Shown here: piece after piece, positions 8,990 through 19,027 of the stretch
Position numbering within the stretch: position 1 is the stretch's first letter
How the letters are laid out: the number at the start of each line of letters is the position of its first letter
DNA from: Burkholderiales bacterium
Lineage (GTDB): Bacteria > Pseudomonadota > Gammaproteobacteria > Burkholderiales > Usitatibacteraceae
Assembly (NCBI GenBank): GCA_019634955.1
Contig: JAHCAK010000007.1
Location: 24,734-88,733 of the forward strand
Reading direction: 5' to 3'
DNA length: 64,000 nt
Made by a program: the position numbers and the translations under genes
Notes under the pieces: generated by a model
Database searches by the model: none
Told to the model about the DNA's origin: nothing
The model's input: only the letters and a program-made list of their open reading frames with translations

Positions 8990-10435
8990 ATGAACGAAAC
9001 GCAATATAACTACAAGGTGGTGCGGCAGTTCGCGGTCGTGACCGTGATCTGGGGCATCGTCGGGATGCTGGTCGGGGTGGTGATCGCGGCGCAGCTCGCG
9101 TGGCCGGCGCTCAACTTCGACATCCCGTGGCTCACCTACGGCCGGCTGCGGCCGCTGCACACGAACGCGGTGATCTTCGCCTTCGGCGGGAGCGCCCTCT
9201 TCGCGACTTCCTACTACTGCGTGCAGCGCACCTCGCACGCGCGCCTCTTCGGCGGCCCCCTCGTCGGCTTCACCTTCTGGGGCTGGCAGGTCGTGATCCT
9301 GCTCGCCGCCATCACGCTGCCGCTGGGCTACACCTCGGCGAAGGAATACGCCGAGCTCGAGTGGCCCATCGACATCCTCATCGCCCTGGTGTGGGTCGCC
9401 TACGCGATCGTCTTCTTCGGCACCATCGCGCAGCGCAAGGTGAAGCACATCTACGTCGCCAACTGGTTCTTCGGCGCGTTCATCCTGACGGTGGCCATCC
9501 TGCACATCGTCAACAGCGCGGCCATCCCCGCCGGCCCCCTCAAGTCCTACTCGGCGTACGCCGGCGTGCAGGACGCGATGGTGCAGTGGTGGTACGGCCA
9601 CAATGCCGTGGGTTTCTTCCTCACCGCGGGCTTCCTCGGGATGATGTACTACTTCATCCCGAAGCAGGCCGGCCGCCCGGTCTACTCCTACCGCCTGTCG
9701 ATCGTGCACTTCTGGGCCCTCATCTTCACCTACATGTGGGCGGGCCCGCACCACCTGCACTACACCGCGCTGCCGGACTGGGCGCAGTCGATCGGGATGA
9801 TCTTCTCGCTCATCCTGCTCGCGCCCTCCTGGGGCGGCATGATCAACGGGATCATGACGCTCTCGGGCGCGTGGCACAAGCTGCGCACCGACCCGATCCT
9901 CAAGTTCCTCATCGTCTCGCTCTCCTTCTACGGCATGTCGACGTTCGAGGGCCCGATGATGTCCATCAAGACCGTGAACGCGCTCTCCCACTACACGGAC
10001 TGGACCGTGGGCCACGTGCACTCCGGCGCGCTCGGCTGGGTGGCGATGATCTCCATCGGCAGCCTCTACTACCTCATCCCGCGCCTCTTCGGCCGCACGG
10101 AGATGTACTCCACGCGCGCCATCACCCTGCACTTCTGGATCACCACGATCGGCATCGTCCTCTACATCGCCTCGATGTGGATCGCGGGCGTGATGCAGGG
10201 CCTCATGTGGCGCGCCGTGAACGAGGACGGAACCCTCACCTACACGTTCGTCGAGAGCGTGAAGGCGACCTACCCGTACTACGTGATCCGCCTGGCCGGC
10301 GGCCTGCTGGTGCTCTCCGGCATGTTCGTGATGGCCTGGAACATGTTCAAGACGATCGGCGCCGGCAAGGCGGTCGAGGGCGCCATCCCGCCCGTGGCCG
10401 CCGGCTCGGGCCTCGACGCCCCGGCCCACGCCTAG
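8990..10435 (+). CDS. ccoN: cbb3-type cytochrome c oxidase subunit I
   Basis: Track ORF 8957..10435. The likely start is the ATG at 8990 ([29 protein letters not shown]). It is a 12-TM heme-copper oxidase with the conserved HNAVGFF, HHLHYT and [10 protein letters not shown] segments. Confidence 0.95.
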   Translation: MNETQYNYKVVRQFAVVTVIWGIVGMLVGVVIAAQLAWPALNFDIPWLTYGRLRPLHTNAVIFAFGGSALFATSYYCVQRTSHARLFGGPLVGFTFWGWQVVILLAAITLPLGYTSAKEYAELEWPIDILIALVWVAYAIVFFGTIAQRKVKHIYVANWFFGAFILTVAILHIVNSAAIPAGPLKSYSAYAGVQDAMVQWWYGHNAVGFFLTAGFLGMMYYFIPKQAGRPVYSYRLSIVHFWALIFTYMWAGPHHLHYTALPDWAQSIGMIFSLILLAPSWGGMINGIMTLSGAWHKLRTDPILKFLIVSLSFYGMSTFEGPMMSIKTVNALSHYTDWTVGHVHSGALGWVAMISIGSLYYLIPRLFGRTEMYSTRAITLHFWITTIGIVLYIASMWIAGVMQGLMWRAVNEDGTLTYTFVESVKATYPYYVIRLAGGLLVLSGMFVMAWNMFKTIGAGKAVEGAIPPVAAGSGLDAPAHA

Positions 10436-10444
10436 GAGACCCGC

Positions 10445-11059
10445 ATGAAGCTCTCCCATGACATCATCGAGCAGAAGACCGGCCTCCTCGCCCTCCTCGT
10501 CGTCCTCGTCGTGAGCGTCGGCGGGCTGGTGGAGATCGTGCCGCTGTACTTCCAGCGCTCCACCACCGAGCCCGTCTCGGGCCTGAAGCCTTACAACGCG
10601 CTGCGGCTCGCCGGGCGCGACATCTACATCCGCGAGGGCTGCTACAACTGCCACTCGCAGATGATCCGGCCCTTCCGCGCCGAGGTGGAGCGCTACGGCC
10701 ACTACTCCGTGGCCGGCGAGTTCGTCTACGACCGCCCGTTCCAGTGGGGCAGCAAGCGCACCGGCCCGGACCTCGCGCGCGTGGGCGGCCGCTACAGCGA
10801 CGACTGGCACCGCACGCACCTGCGCAACCCGCGCGACGTGGTGCCCGAGTCGAACATGCCCAACTACCCGTGGCTCGCGAAGACGCCCGTCGACGGCGAG
10901 TCGCTGCCCGCGAAGATGCGGGCGCTGCGCACGGTCGGCGTCCCCTACGCGGACGCCGAGATCGCCTCCTCCACCAAGGACGTCGCCGGCAAGACCGAGG
11001 AGGACGCGCTCATCGCGTACCTCCAGGAGCTCGGCACCGTCATCAAGTCGCGCAGGTAG
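10445..11059 (+). CDS. ccoO: cbb3-type cytochrome c oxidase subunit II (monoheme)
   Basis: 204 aa with an N-terminal TM helix, a CYNCH heme c motif and the [19 protein letters not shown] motif. Confidence 0.95.
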   Translation: MKLSHDIIEQKTGLLALLVVLVVSVGGLVEIVPLYFQRSTTEPVSGLKPYNALRLAGRDIYIREGCYNCHSQMIRPFRAEVERYGHYSVAGEFVYDRPFQWGSKRTGPDLARVGGRYSDDWHRTHLRNPRDVVPESNMPNYPWLAKTPVDGESLPAKMRALRTVGVPYADAEIASSTKDVAGKTEEDALIAYLQELGTVIKSRR

Positions 11060-11064
11060 CCGCC

Positions 11065-11232
11065 ATGGACATCAACACCCTCCGCGCCGGCGTCACCGTC
11101 GCCGCCCTGATCACCTTCCTCGGCATCGTCGCGTGGGCCTGGTCCTCGCGCCGCCGCGCCGACTTCGAAGCCGCGGCCCGCCTGCCCCTCGACGAGGACG
11201 AGGCCGCCACCGCCCGGGAGAAAGCGCAATGA
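11065..11232 (+). CDS. ccoQ: cbb3 oxidase small subunit CcoQ
   Basis: 55 aa, the tail of track ORF 10744..11232: MDINTLRAGVTVAALITFLGIVAWAWSSRRRADFEAAARLPLDEDE. It has one TM helix, lies between ccoO and ccoP, and overlaps ccoP by ATGA. Confidence 0.7.
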   Translation: MDINTLRAGVTVAALITFLGIVAWAWSSRRRADFEAAARLPLDEDEAATAREKAQ

Positions 11233-12140
11233 GCGACTTCGTCAACGGCTTCTGGAGCCTCTACGTCGCGGGGATCACGCTGGTCTCGATCGTCGCCTGC
11301 GCGGTGCTCCTCACCATGCAGCACAAGAAGCGCCCCGCGGGCCAGGCGGTCGGCACGACCGGCCACCAGTGGGACGAGGACCTCGCGGAGTACAACAACC
11401 CGCTGCCGAAGTGGTGGATGTGGCTCTTCTGGATCACGATCGTCTTCGGGCTCGTTTACCTCGCGCTCTATCCCGGCCTGGGCACCTTCAAGGGCGTCCT
11501 CGGCTGGACCTCCACGGGCCAGTACGCCGACGAGCAGAAGGCGGCGGACGCGAAGTTCGGCCCGGTGTTCCAGAAATACGCCGCCATGGACATCGAGGCG
11601 ATCGCGAAGGACCCGCAGGCGAAGGCGATGGGCGAGCGCATGTTCCTCACCTACTGCTCGCAGTGCCACGGGTCGGACGCGCGCGGCGCAAAGGGCTACC
11701 CCAACCTCGCCGACAACGACTGGCTCTGGGGCGGCGAGCCCCAGGCCATCCTCACGACGATCCTCGAGGGGCGCAACGGCATGATGCCGCCGATGGGGGC
11801 TGCGGTCGGCGGCGCCGATGGCGTGAAGGAGGTGGCCAACTACGTGCTCTCCCTCTCCGGCGCGCAGCACGACGCGAAGCTCGCGGAAGCCGGCAAGGCG
11901 AAGTTCGCCGCCTGCGCGGCCTGCCACGGCCCGGAGGCGAAGGGCAACCCCGCGCTGGGCGCGCCGAACCTCACGGACAAGACCTGGCTGCACGGCGGGA
12001 GCCTCGCCACGATCTCGGAGACGATCGACAAGGGCCGCTCCAACCTGATGCCGGCGCACAAGGACTTCCTCGGGCCCGAGCGCTCGCGCCTCATCGCCGC
12101 CTACGTCTGGGGCCTCTCCCAGCCGTCCGGGGCGAAGTGA
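11229..12140 (+). CDS. ccoP: cbb3-type cytochrome c oxidase subunit III (diheme)
   Basis: Lies inside track ORF 11133..12140. The ATG at 11229 gives MSDFVNGFWSLYVAGITLV. It carries two CxxCH motifs (CSQCH, CAACH). Confidence 0.95.
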   Translation: MSDFVNGFWSLYVAGITLVSIVACAVLLTMQHKKRPAGQAVGTTGHQWDEDLAEYNNPLPKWWMWLFWITIVFGLVYLALYPGLGTFKGVLGWTSTGQYADEQKAADAKFGPVFQKYAAMDIEAIAKDPQAKAMGERMFLTYCSQCHGSDARGAKGYPNLADNDWLWGGEPQAILTTILEGRNGMMPPMGAAVGGADGVKEVANYVLSLSGAQHDAKLAEAGKAKFAACAACHGPEAKGNPALGAPNLTDKTWLHGGSLATISETIDKGRSNLMPAHKDFLGPERSRLIAAYVWGLSQPSGAK

Positions 12141-13609
12141 CGCAGCCCGCGCCGGACGCCCCCGCGGGGCCGGCCAAGGCCGCGCCCCTGCGGGCGGTCG
12201 CCTCGGCGGCCGTCCGCGAGGAAGTCGAGCGCGGCCTCTTCGAGGTCCGCAAGAAGGTCTACCCGCGCGCCGTCACCGGCTGGTTCGCCACGCTGCGGTG
12301 GGCCGCCGTGTGGCTCACGCAGGTGATCTTCTACGGGCTGCCGTGGCTCGCCTGGAACGACCGCCAGGCCGTGCTCTTCGACCTCGGCGCGCGCAAGTTC
12401 TACATCTTCGGGCTGGTCTTCTGGCCGCAGGACTTCATCTACCTCACGCTGCTGCTTGTGACCAGCGCCGTGGCGCTGTTCCTGTTCACCGCCATCGCGG
12501 GGCGCCTGTGGTGCGGCTACGCGTGCCCGCAGACGGTCTACACCGAGATCTTCCTGTGGATCGAGCGCCTCTTCGAGGGCGACCGCAACGCGCGCACCAA
12601 GCTCGATGCCGCGCCCCTCGACGGGCGCAAGTTCGCGATCAAGGCCGGCAAGCACGCCGCCTGGGTGGCCTTCGCCTTCTGGACGGGCTTCACCTTCGTG
12701 GGCTACTTCACGCCCATCAAGGAGCTCGGCGGCGCCGTGCTCACCTTCTCCCTCGGCCCCTGGGAGACCTTCTGGACCTTCTTCTACGGCTTCGCCACCT
12801 ACGGCAACGCCGGGTGGATGCGCGAGCAGGTCTGCAAGTACATGTGCCCCTACGCGCGGTTCCAGGGCGCGATGTTCGACCAGGACACCCTCATCATCGC
12901 CTACGACCGCGAGCGGGGCGACCCGCGGGGCGCGCGCGGCAAGAAGGCGGATCCGAAGTCGCTGGGCCTCGGCGACTGCGTCGACTGCGGCATCTGCGTG
13001 CAGGTCTGCCCCACCGGCATCGACATCCGCGACGGCCTGCAGTACGAGTGCATCGGCTGCGCCGCGTGCATCGACGGGTGCGACCAGGTGATGGAGAAGA
13101 TGGGCTACCCCAAGGGCCTCATCCGCTACTCCACCGAGCACGCGATGCAGGAGCACAGCGGGCTCGGCGGGATCGTGCGGCGCGTCCTGCGCCCGCGCAC
13201 CCTCGTGTACGCCGCGATCCTCGCCGCCGTCGTCGGCGCGGGCGCGACGGCGCTGTGGATGCGCGTGCCGCTGAAGGTCGACGTGATCCGCGACCGCGGC
13301 GCGCTCGTGCGCGAGGTGGAGGACGGCGAGCTCGAGAACGTCTACCGCCTGCAGGTGATGAACGCCACCGAGTCGCCCCACCGCTACCGCATCGCCGTGG
13401 AGGGCATTCCGGGGATCCGCGTGGCCTCGGAGCCGGTGGTCGAGATGGCGGCCGCCTCGACGCGGGCCTTCCCCGTGCGCATCCGCGTGCCCGGGGCCGA
13501 GGCGAAGGGCGGCTCGCAGCGCATCCTGATCACCGTGACCGCCGAGGACGCCTCCGGCCTCCAGGTGCGCGAGCACGCGGCGTTCCTGTCGCCGCGGCGG
13601 GGCAGCTGA
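12137..13609 (+). CDS. ccoG: Cytochrome c oxidase accessory protein CcoG/FixG (polyferredoxin-like)
   Basis: Lies inside track ORF 11369..13609. The GTG at 12137 overlaps the ccoP stop (GTGA). It has TM helices plus CGYACPQ and CVDCGICVQVCPTGIDIR...CIGCAACIDGC ferredoxin motifs. Confidence 0.9.
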   Translation: MTQPAPDAPAGPAKAAPLRAVASAAVREEVERGLFEVRKKVYPRAVTGWFATLRWAAVWLTQVIFYGLPWLAWNDRQAVLFDLGARKFYIFGLVFWPQDFIYLTLLLVTSAVALFLFTAIAGRLWCGYACPQTVYTEIFLWIERLFEGDRNARTKLDAAPLDGRKFAIKAGKHAAWVAFAFWTGFTFVGYFTPIKELGGAVLTFSLGPWETFWTFFYGFATYGNAGWMREQVCKYMCPYARFQGAMFDQDTLIIAYDRERGDPRGARGKKADPKSLGLGDCVDCGICVQVCPTGIDIRDGLQYECIGCAACIDGCDQVMEKMGYPKGLIRYSTEHAMQEHSGLGGIVRRVLRPRTLVYAAILAAVVGAGATALWMRVPLKVDVIRDRGALVREVEDGELENVYRLQVMNATESPHRYRIAVEGIPGIRVASEPVVEMAAASTRAFPVRIRVPGAEAKGGSQRILITVTAEDASGLQVREHAAFLSPRRGS

Positions 13610-13612
13610 GCG

Positions 13613-14122
13613 ATGACCGCCGCCGACCCTTCCGCGGGCGGGCCGCGCCGGCCCTGGTACCGGGAGCCCTGGCCGTGGATCCTCATGGCCGGCCCGGGCC
13701 TGGTCGTCGTGGCCGCGATCGCCACCGCCGTGATCGCCTTCCGCGGCGCCGACGGGCTGGTTGCCGACGACTACTACAAGCAGGGGCTGGGCATCAACCG
13801 GCAGATCGCGCGCGACGATGCCGCCACGGCGCTCGGCATCGCGGGCGAGCTGCGGGTCGCCCCGGGCACCGTGCGCGTCACGCTTCGCGCGAAGTCGGCG
13901 CTGCCGGACCGCCTGACGGTGCGATTCACGCACCCGTCCCGATCCTCGGAGGACCGCGTGCTGCACCCGGCGCGCACCGGCGAAGGGACCTGGGAGGCGC
14001 CCGTCGCGGACCTGCCCCCCGGCCGGTGGCTCGCGATCGTCGAGACGCCGCAGTGGCGCGTCTCCGCCAGGATGGATACAAGAGCCGCGGACGCGGCGGA
14101 GCTCTCCCCCGGCGTGCGCTAG
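13613..14122 (+). CDS. FixH/CcoH-like family protein
   Basis: 169 aa. It has the PWYREPWPWILMAGPGLVVVAAIATAVIAF TM segment followed by DDYYKQGLGINRQ, which is typical of FixH. It lies directly after ccoG. Confidence 0.8.
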   Translation: MTAADPSAGGPRRPWYREPWPWILMAGPGLVVVAAIATAVIAFRGADGLVADDYYKQGLGINRQIARDDAATALGIAGELRVAPGTVRVTLRAKSALPDRLTVRFTHPSRSSEDRVLHPARTGEGTWEAPVADLPPGRWLAIVETPQWRVSARMDTRAADAAELSPGVR

Positions 14123-14158
14123 CGCCGGGAGGAAGGGCCGCAAACAGGGAGAATCGAC

Positions 14159-14455
14159 ATGCTCACGCAACGCATCGCCTGGATCCTGTGGCCCGCGTTC
14201 CTCGTGGCCTGCGGCATGGAAGTGGTGTTCTTCACGCTCTTCGACCCGGAGGACCTCCACTTCCTGGGCGCCCCGCTGGAGGCGAGCCGGATGGCCGTCT
14301 ACTCCGTCGGCTTCTTCGTCTTCTGGGCGATGGGCGCGGCCTCGAGCTTCCTCACCTGCTTCCTGCAGCGCTCGCCGTGGGAGGTGAACCGCTGCCCCCT
14401 GCCGGCCACGGAGCGCCCCGAGGGCTGCCCCAAGCGCGAGGGGCCGTGCTGCTAG
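14159..14455 (+). CDS. Small integral membrane protein (2 TM), Cys-rich C-terminus
   Basis: 98 aa: MLTQRIAWILWPAFLVACGMEVVFFTLF...REGPCC. The ATG follows GGGAGAATCGAC. Position after the fixH-like gene supports it, but I recognise no family. Confidence 0.5.
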   Translation: MLTQRIAWILWPAFLVACGMEVVFFTLFDPEDLHFLGAPLEASRMAVYSVGFFVFWAMGAASSFLTCFLQRSPWEVNRCPLPATERPEGCPKREGPCC

Positions 14456-14459
14456 GCCC

Positions 14460-17228
14460 CTAGAGGACCTTCACCACGTCCACGAGGCTCGGGTCGTCCT
14501 CGACCGGGAAGGCCTCGAAGCCCAGCCGGTCCATGAGCTCGAGCATCGAGTCGTTGGAGGCGAGCACGAGACCGCGCAGCCGCTCGATCCCGGCGAAGCG
14601 GGCGTGCGTCATGAGGCGGCCCATGAGCTTGGAGGCGAGCCCCTTCCTCTGCGCGCGATCGGCGATGACGATCGCGAACTCGGCGCTCACCGGGTTCGGG
14701 TCGCGGACGTAGCGCGCCACGCCGATGATGGACTCGCCGTCGCCCTCGCGGCGCGTGGCGATGAGGGCCATCTCGCGGTCGTAGTCGATCTGCGTGAAGC
14801 GCGCGACCATCTCCGGCGTCACGTGGCGCACGATCGAGAGGAACCGCAGGTAGCGCGACTCGTCGGAGAGCTCGGTGATGAACTCCGTCTCCCGCTCGGC
14901 GTCCTCGGGGCGGATGGGCCGGATGGTCACCTCGGTGCCGTCGCGAAGGCGCTCGATCGCCTCGAGCGCCTCGGGGTACGGGTGGATCGCCAGGTGCGAG
15001 TAGCGGCTGTCGAGGTGCCGGCGCTCCGGTGCGATCACCACGCGCGCGTCCAGCGCGACGGCCCCCGTCGGGTCGAGCAGCAGCGGGTTGATGTCCATCT
15101 CGGCGACCCACGGCAGGGCGCAGACGAGGTCCGAGACGCGCAGCAGCACGTCGATCAGCGCCTCGCGGTTGGCGGCCGGGACGTTCCGGTACGCCCCGAG
15201 CAGCCGCGCGGCGCGCGTGCGGTCGATGAGGTCCCCGGCCAGCCGCACGTTGAGGGGCGGAAGGCCCACGGCGTTGTCGCGCAGGAGTTCCACGGCCACG
15301 CCGCCGGAGCCGAAGCTGATGGCGGGGCCGAAGGCCGGGTCCGTCGTCACGCCGATCATCAGCTCGCGCCCGTCGCGCCGCGCGACCATCGACTGGACGA
15401 GCACGCCCGCGACCGTCGCCTCCGGCCGCATGCGGTGCACGGTCGCGAGGATGTCGTCGAACTGGTAGCCCGCATCCCTCGCGTCCCGGATGTCCAGCCG
15501 CACCCCGTTCACGTCCGACTTGTGCGTGATGTCCGGCGAGAGGATCTTCATCACCACCGGGTAGCCGATCGTCTCGGCGGCGCGCACGGCCTCCTCGTGG
15601 GTCGTCGCGATCACGAACGGCGGCACCGGCACGCCGAAGGCGGCGAGAAGGCTCTTCGCCTCCACCTCGTTCAGCAGCGTCCGCCCCTCCTCGACCGCGA
15701 CGCGGAAGATCTCCTCGGCGCGCCCGATGTCGTGCTCGGCGGTCGTGGACCGCGGCGGCGGCGACTCCAGCAGCAGCCGCTGGTTCTTCACGTGCGTCGC
15801 GAGCGCGGCGAAGGCCTGCACCGCGACCTCCCCCGACCGGTAGGAAGGCACGCCCGCCTCGGCCACCCGGTGGCGCGTGTCGATGACGCTGTATTCGCCC
15901 AGCCACGCGGTGAGGAAGGGCTTGGCGCTCTCCTTCGCCACGGGCAGGATGCCGTCGGCCACGCTCCCGGCGCTCGCGATCCCCGTCGGGCAGAAGGCGG
16001 TGAGGACCGCGTCCACGTTCGGGTCGTCCGCGACGATGCGCGCGGCGCCCCCGAAGCGCTCCCCGTCGGCGTCGCCGATCACGTCCACCGGGTTGGCGCG
16101 CGACCAGTGCTTCGGGAGGATCGCGTCGAGCTTCGCGATGGTCTCGGGCGCGAGCTTCGCGAGCTGCACGTTCTCCGAGCTGCAGGCGTCGGCCGCCAGC
16201 ACCCCCGGCCCGCCGCCGTTGGTGACGATCGCGAGCCGGTCGCCGCGCGGCTTGCGACGCGAGGACAATGCGCGCGCGGCGGCGAAGAGGTCCTGCGCGC
16301 TGTGCACGCGAACCACGCCGCAGCGGGCGAGCACGGCGTCGAACACCGCGTCGTTGCCGACGAGGGCGCCGGTGTGGGAGCGGGCGGCCTGCGATCCCGA
16401 CGCGTAGCGCCCCACCTTCAGCACGATGACGGGCTTGGCGCGCGCGATGGCGCGCAGGCTGCTGATGAAGGTCCGGCCGTCGTGGATGCCCTCGACGTAG
16501 AGCAGCACGCTTTCCGTCCTCGGGTCGAAGAGCAGGTAGTCCAGCACGTCGCCGAAGTCGACGTCGGCCGCGCCCCCGAGGGACACGACGCTCGAGAGGC
16601 CGACCTTCGTGCTCGCGGCCCAGTCGACGAGGGCCGTGCAGATGGCACCCGACTGCGAGACGAGGGCGATGCTGCCCGCATCGCAGGCCGTGCGGCAGAA
16701 GGAGGCGTTGAGCCCGATGCTCGGGCGCAGCATCCCGATGCAGTTGGGCCCGAGGATGCGCACGTCCGCCTCGCGCGCCACTGCCACCACGCGCGCTTCC
16801 AGCGCCTTGCCCGCCTCGCCCGTCTCGCCGAACCCGGCCGACAGGACGATGGCCGCCGGGATGCCCGCGCGCCCGGCCTGCGCGATGATCTCCGGCACGG
16901 CCGGCGCCGGCGCCGCGATGACGGCGAGATCCACCGCGGCCGGCAGTGCCGCGAGCGAGGCGTGGCACGCGTCCTCGCCGATGCGGTCGTAGCGCGGGTT
17001 CACGAGATGGACGGGCCCGCGGAACCCGCCCTTCTTCAGGTTCACGAGGACGACCTGGCCCAGCGATCCCTCGCGATCGCTCGCGCCGACGAGCGCCACG
17101 GACGCGGGGGAAAGCAGCGGATGCAGCGGGTGGACGAGCTTGGAGATGCCGGGCGCGGCCGGCACCGCTGCCGCATCGGGGATCCGGAAGCGGCTCGCCG
17201 CGAGGCGGTTCCTCAGCTTGATGCTCAA
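14460..17228 (-). CDS. Bifunctional ADP-forming acetyl-CoA synthetase-like / GNAT protein acetyltransferase (Pat/PatZ-like)
   Basis: 922 aa. It combines an N-terminal CoA-binding and succinyl-CoA-ligase-like region (VALVGASDREGSLGQVVLVNL...), an ATP-grasp middle region and a C-terminal GNAT domain (FAIVIADRAQRKGLASKLM). Confidence 0.85.
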   Translation of the reverse strand: MSIKLRNRLAASRFRIPDAAAVPAAPGISKLVHPLHPLLSPASVALVGASDREGSLGQVVLVNLKKGGFRGPVHLVNPRYDRIGEDACHASLAALPAAVDLAVIAAPAPAVPEIIAQAGRAGIPAAIVLSAGFGETGEAGKALEARVVAVAREADVRILGPNCIGMLRPSIGLNASFCRTACDAGSIALVSQSGAICTALVDWAASTKVGLSSVVSLGGAADVDFGDVLDYLLFDPRTESVLLYVEGIHDGRTFISSLRAIARAKPVIVLKVGRYASGSQAARSHTGALVGNDAVFDAVLARCGVVRVHSAQDLFAAARALSSRRKPRGDRLAIVTNGGGPGVLAADACSSENVQLAKLAPETIAKLDAILPKHWSRANPVDVIGDADGERFGGAARIVADDPNVDAVLTAFCPTGIASAGSVADGILPVAKESAKPFLTAWLGEYSVIDTRHRVAEAGVPSYRSGEVAVQAFAALATHVKNQRLLLESPPPRSTTAEHDIGRAEEIFRVAVEEGRTLLNEVEAKSLLAAFGVPVPPFVIATTHEEAVRAAETIGYPVVMKILSPDITHKSDVNGVRLDIRDARDAGYQFDDILATVHRMRPEATVAGVLVQSMVARRDGRELMIGVTTDPAFGPAISFGSGGVAVELLRDNAVGLPPLNVRLAGDLIDRTRAARLLGAYRNVPAANREALIDVLLRVSDLVCALPWVAEMDINPLLLDPTGAVALDARVVIAPERRHLDSRYSHLAIHPYPEALEAIERLRDGTEVTIRPIRPEDAERETEFITELSDESRYLRFLSIVRHVTPEMVARFTQIDYDREMALIATRREGDGESIIGVARYVRDPNPVSAEFAIVIADRAQRKGLASKLMGRLMTHARFAGIERLRGLVLASNDSMLELMDRLGFEAFPVEDDPSLVDVVKVL

Positions 17229-17238
17229 GGCGCGCCCG

Positions 17239-17646
17239 TCAGCCGGCGAAACGCGCCGGCCCGCCGCGCTTCTCCACCGCCTCCTGGCACCGCACGCAAC
17301 GCGTGGCGGCCGGATGCGCCTCGAGGCGGGCGAAACCGATCGCCTCGCCGCAATCCTCGCACAGCCCGTATTCGCCGCCCGCGAGGCGCCCCTCGGCCGC
17401 CACGATCGCCAGCAGCGCCGCGCGCACCTGCCCCGCGCCCGCCACGTCGCGCTCGAACTCGGCCTCGGCGAGCGCGCCGTCGCCCGTGAGCCCGGCGTCG
17501 CGGAAGAGCTCCGCGTCCTCCTCGCTCATCTCGCCCGAGGCCTTGCGCACGCCGGCCGTCGCCTCGCGCTTCAGGCGCGCCAGCTCCTCCGCGAGGCGCT
17601 CCACCTGCCGCGCGTCGAGGCCGTTCATGGCGGCGGGGGCGCCCAT
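17239..17646 (-). CDS. TraR/DksA family C4-type zinc-finger protein
   Basis: Tail of track ORF 17239..18138. The ATG at 17646 gives MGAPAAMNGLDARQVERLAEEL... It carries the GEYGLCEDCGEAIGFARLEAHPAATRCVRCQ C4 zinc finger. Its start overlaps the stop of the upstream stress-protein gene (TGATG). Confidence 0.8.
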   Translation of the reverse strand: MGAPAAMNGLDARQVERLAEELARLKREATAGVRKASGEMSEEDAELFRDAGLTGDGALAEAEFERDVAGAGQVRAALLAIVAAEGRLAGGEYGLCEDCGEAIGFARLEAHPAATRCVRCQEAVEKRGGPARFAG

Positions 17647-18089
17647 CACCGCACCACGAGCACGGGCACGGTGGCGATGGCGAGGACCTTCTGCGTCTCG
17701 CTGCCGAGCAGCAGCGCCTCGAAGCCCCGCCGGCCGTGGGAGGCCATCACGATGAGGTCGGCCTTGTTCTTCTTCGCCGCGGCGAGGATCTGGTCCGCCG
17801 GGGAGTCGCCGAAGAGGTGCAGCGACTGCGCCTCGGCGCCCTCCTTGCGGGCCGTCTCGACGTCCTTCTCGAACACCTTCTCGGCCGCGGCCTTGCAGTC
17901 GCGCTTGTAGTCCTTCTCGGACGGCCAGTCGATCATCACCCCGTCGGGGTAGTAGGGCGTGCGGTAGTCGGGCGTCACGTGGACCAGCATGAGCGTGGCA
18001 CCCGAGCCGGCCGCGAGCGCGGCGGCGGTCCTGACGGCGTGGGTTGAGCGCTTCGATCCGTCCGTGGCGCAGAGGATGCGTTTGAACAT
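17646..18089 (-). CDS. Universal stress protein (UspA family)
   Basis: 147 aa: MFKRILCATDGS...LMLVHV...DLIVMASHGRRGFEALLLGSETQKVLAIATVPVLVVR, the canonical Usp fold signature. Confidence 0.9.
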   Translation of the reverse strand: MFKRILCATDGSKRSTHAVRTAAALAAGSGATLMLVHVTPDYRTPYYPDGVMIDWPSEKDYKRDCKAAAEKVFEKDVETARKEGAEAQSLHLFGDSPADQILAAAKKNKADLIVMASHGRRGFEALLLGSETQKVLAIATVPVLVVR

Positions 18090-18163
18090 GGCGTTCTCCT
18101 CTGGTTGGTGGCGGGGAGAGCCGACTCCCCGAATCCATGCTACCCCCGGGTCACCCCCCGCGC

Positions 18164-18177
18164 TTGACGGGGATCAA
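18164..18177. promoter_or_regulatory. FNR/Anr-type box TTGAC-GGGG-ATCAA upstream of the stress-protein / TraR / Pat operon
   Basis: The box lies 75-88 nt upstream of the stress-protein ATG (18089) in the 118-bp gap before the fnr stop. It has the same half-site pattern as the ccoN box. Confidence 0.6.
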
Positions 18178-18207
18178 GCGGAAAATCCCGGCCGCCGGCG
18201 GCGGCGC

Positions 18208-18948
18208 TCAGGCTGCGCCCTGCGCCTGCGCCATGACGCGCTTCAGGCCGCCGATGTCGAGGATGCGCACGTGCTTCTGGTGCACCTCGATGAGGTGGTC
18301 CTCCTGGAAGCGCGAGAAGAGGCGGCTCACGGTCTCGAGCTTCATGCCGAGGTAGCTGCCGATCTCGTCGCGGGTCATGCGCAGCACGAACTCCGAGGCG
18401 GAGAAGCCGCGGGCCGTGAGGCGCTGCGAGAGGTTCACGAGGAAGGCGGCCAGGCGCTCCTCGGCGCGCATCGACCCCAGCAGCAGCATCACGCCCTGGT
18501 CGCGCACGATCTCGCGCGAGAGCACCTTGTGGAAGTGGCGCTGCAGGGGCTCGAACTCGCGCGACAGGTCCTCGACCCGGGCGAAGGGCATCACGCACAC
18601 CTCGCTGTCCTCGAGCGCCGTGAGCGTGCAGGTGTGGCGGTCGCCGCCGATGCCGTCCATCCCGAGGAGCTCGCCGGCCATGTAGAACCCCGTCACCTGC
18701 TCGCGGCCGTCGCCGCTGGTGAGCGTGCTCTTGAAGAACCCGTAGCGCACGGCATAGAGGGCCGAGAACGGCTCGCCGCCGTAGAAGAGGCTGTCGCCGC
18801 GGCGGATCTTGCGGCGCGTGGAGACGAGGTTGTCCAGCGTCTCCAGCTCGTCGGCGGAAAGCCCCACCGGGAGGCAGAGCTCCCGCAGGTTGCACTGGGA
18901 GCAGGCGGTCCGGAGGCGGGTGAGCGTGGCGAGGGCGGGCTCGGTCAT
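18208..18948 (-). CDS. fnr: FNR/Anr family (Crp/Fnr) oxygen-responsive transcriptional regulator
   Basis: Lies inside track ORF 18208..19128. The ATG at 18948 gives MTEPALATLTRLRTACSQCNLRELCLP, the N-terminal Cys cluster for [4Fe-4S]. It also has a cNMP-like barrel with a further Cys (HTCTLTAL) and a C-terminal HTH (RMTRDEIGSYLGMKLETVSRLFSRF). Confidence 0.9.
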   Translation of the reverse strand: MTEPALATLTRLRTACSQCNLRELCLPVGLSADELETLDNLVSTRRKIRRGDSLFYGGEPFSALYAVRYGFFKSTLTSGDGREQVTGFYMAGELLGMDGIGGDRHTCTLTALEDSEVCVMPFARVEDLSREFEPLQRHFHKVLSREIVRDQGVMLLLGSMRAEERLAAFLVNLSQRLTARGFSASEFVLRMTRDEIGSYLGMKLETVSRLFSRFQEDHLIEVHQKHVRILDIGGLKRVMAQAQGAA

Positions 18949-18988
18949 AATGGCGCATTGTAGACGCCACCAAAGCGCCCGGCGAGCC

Positions 18989-19002
18989 TTGATCGTCGTC
19001 AA
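18989..19002. promoter_or_regulatory. FNR/Anr-type box TTGAT-CGTC-GTCAA in the fnr-hemN divergent region
   Basis: There is one mismatch to consensus. The box is 41 nt from the fnr ATG and 26-35 nt from the candidate hemN starts, so it could serve hemN activation and/or fnr autoregulation. Confidence 0.55.
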
Positions 19003-19027
19003 GCCTCGTGCGCGCCATTGACGGAAG

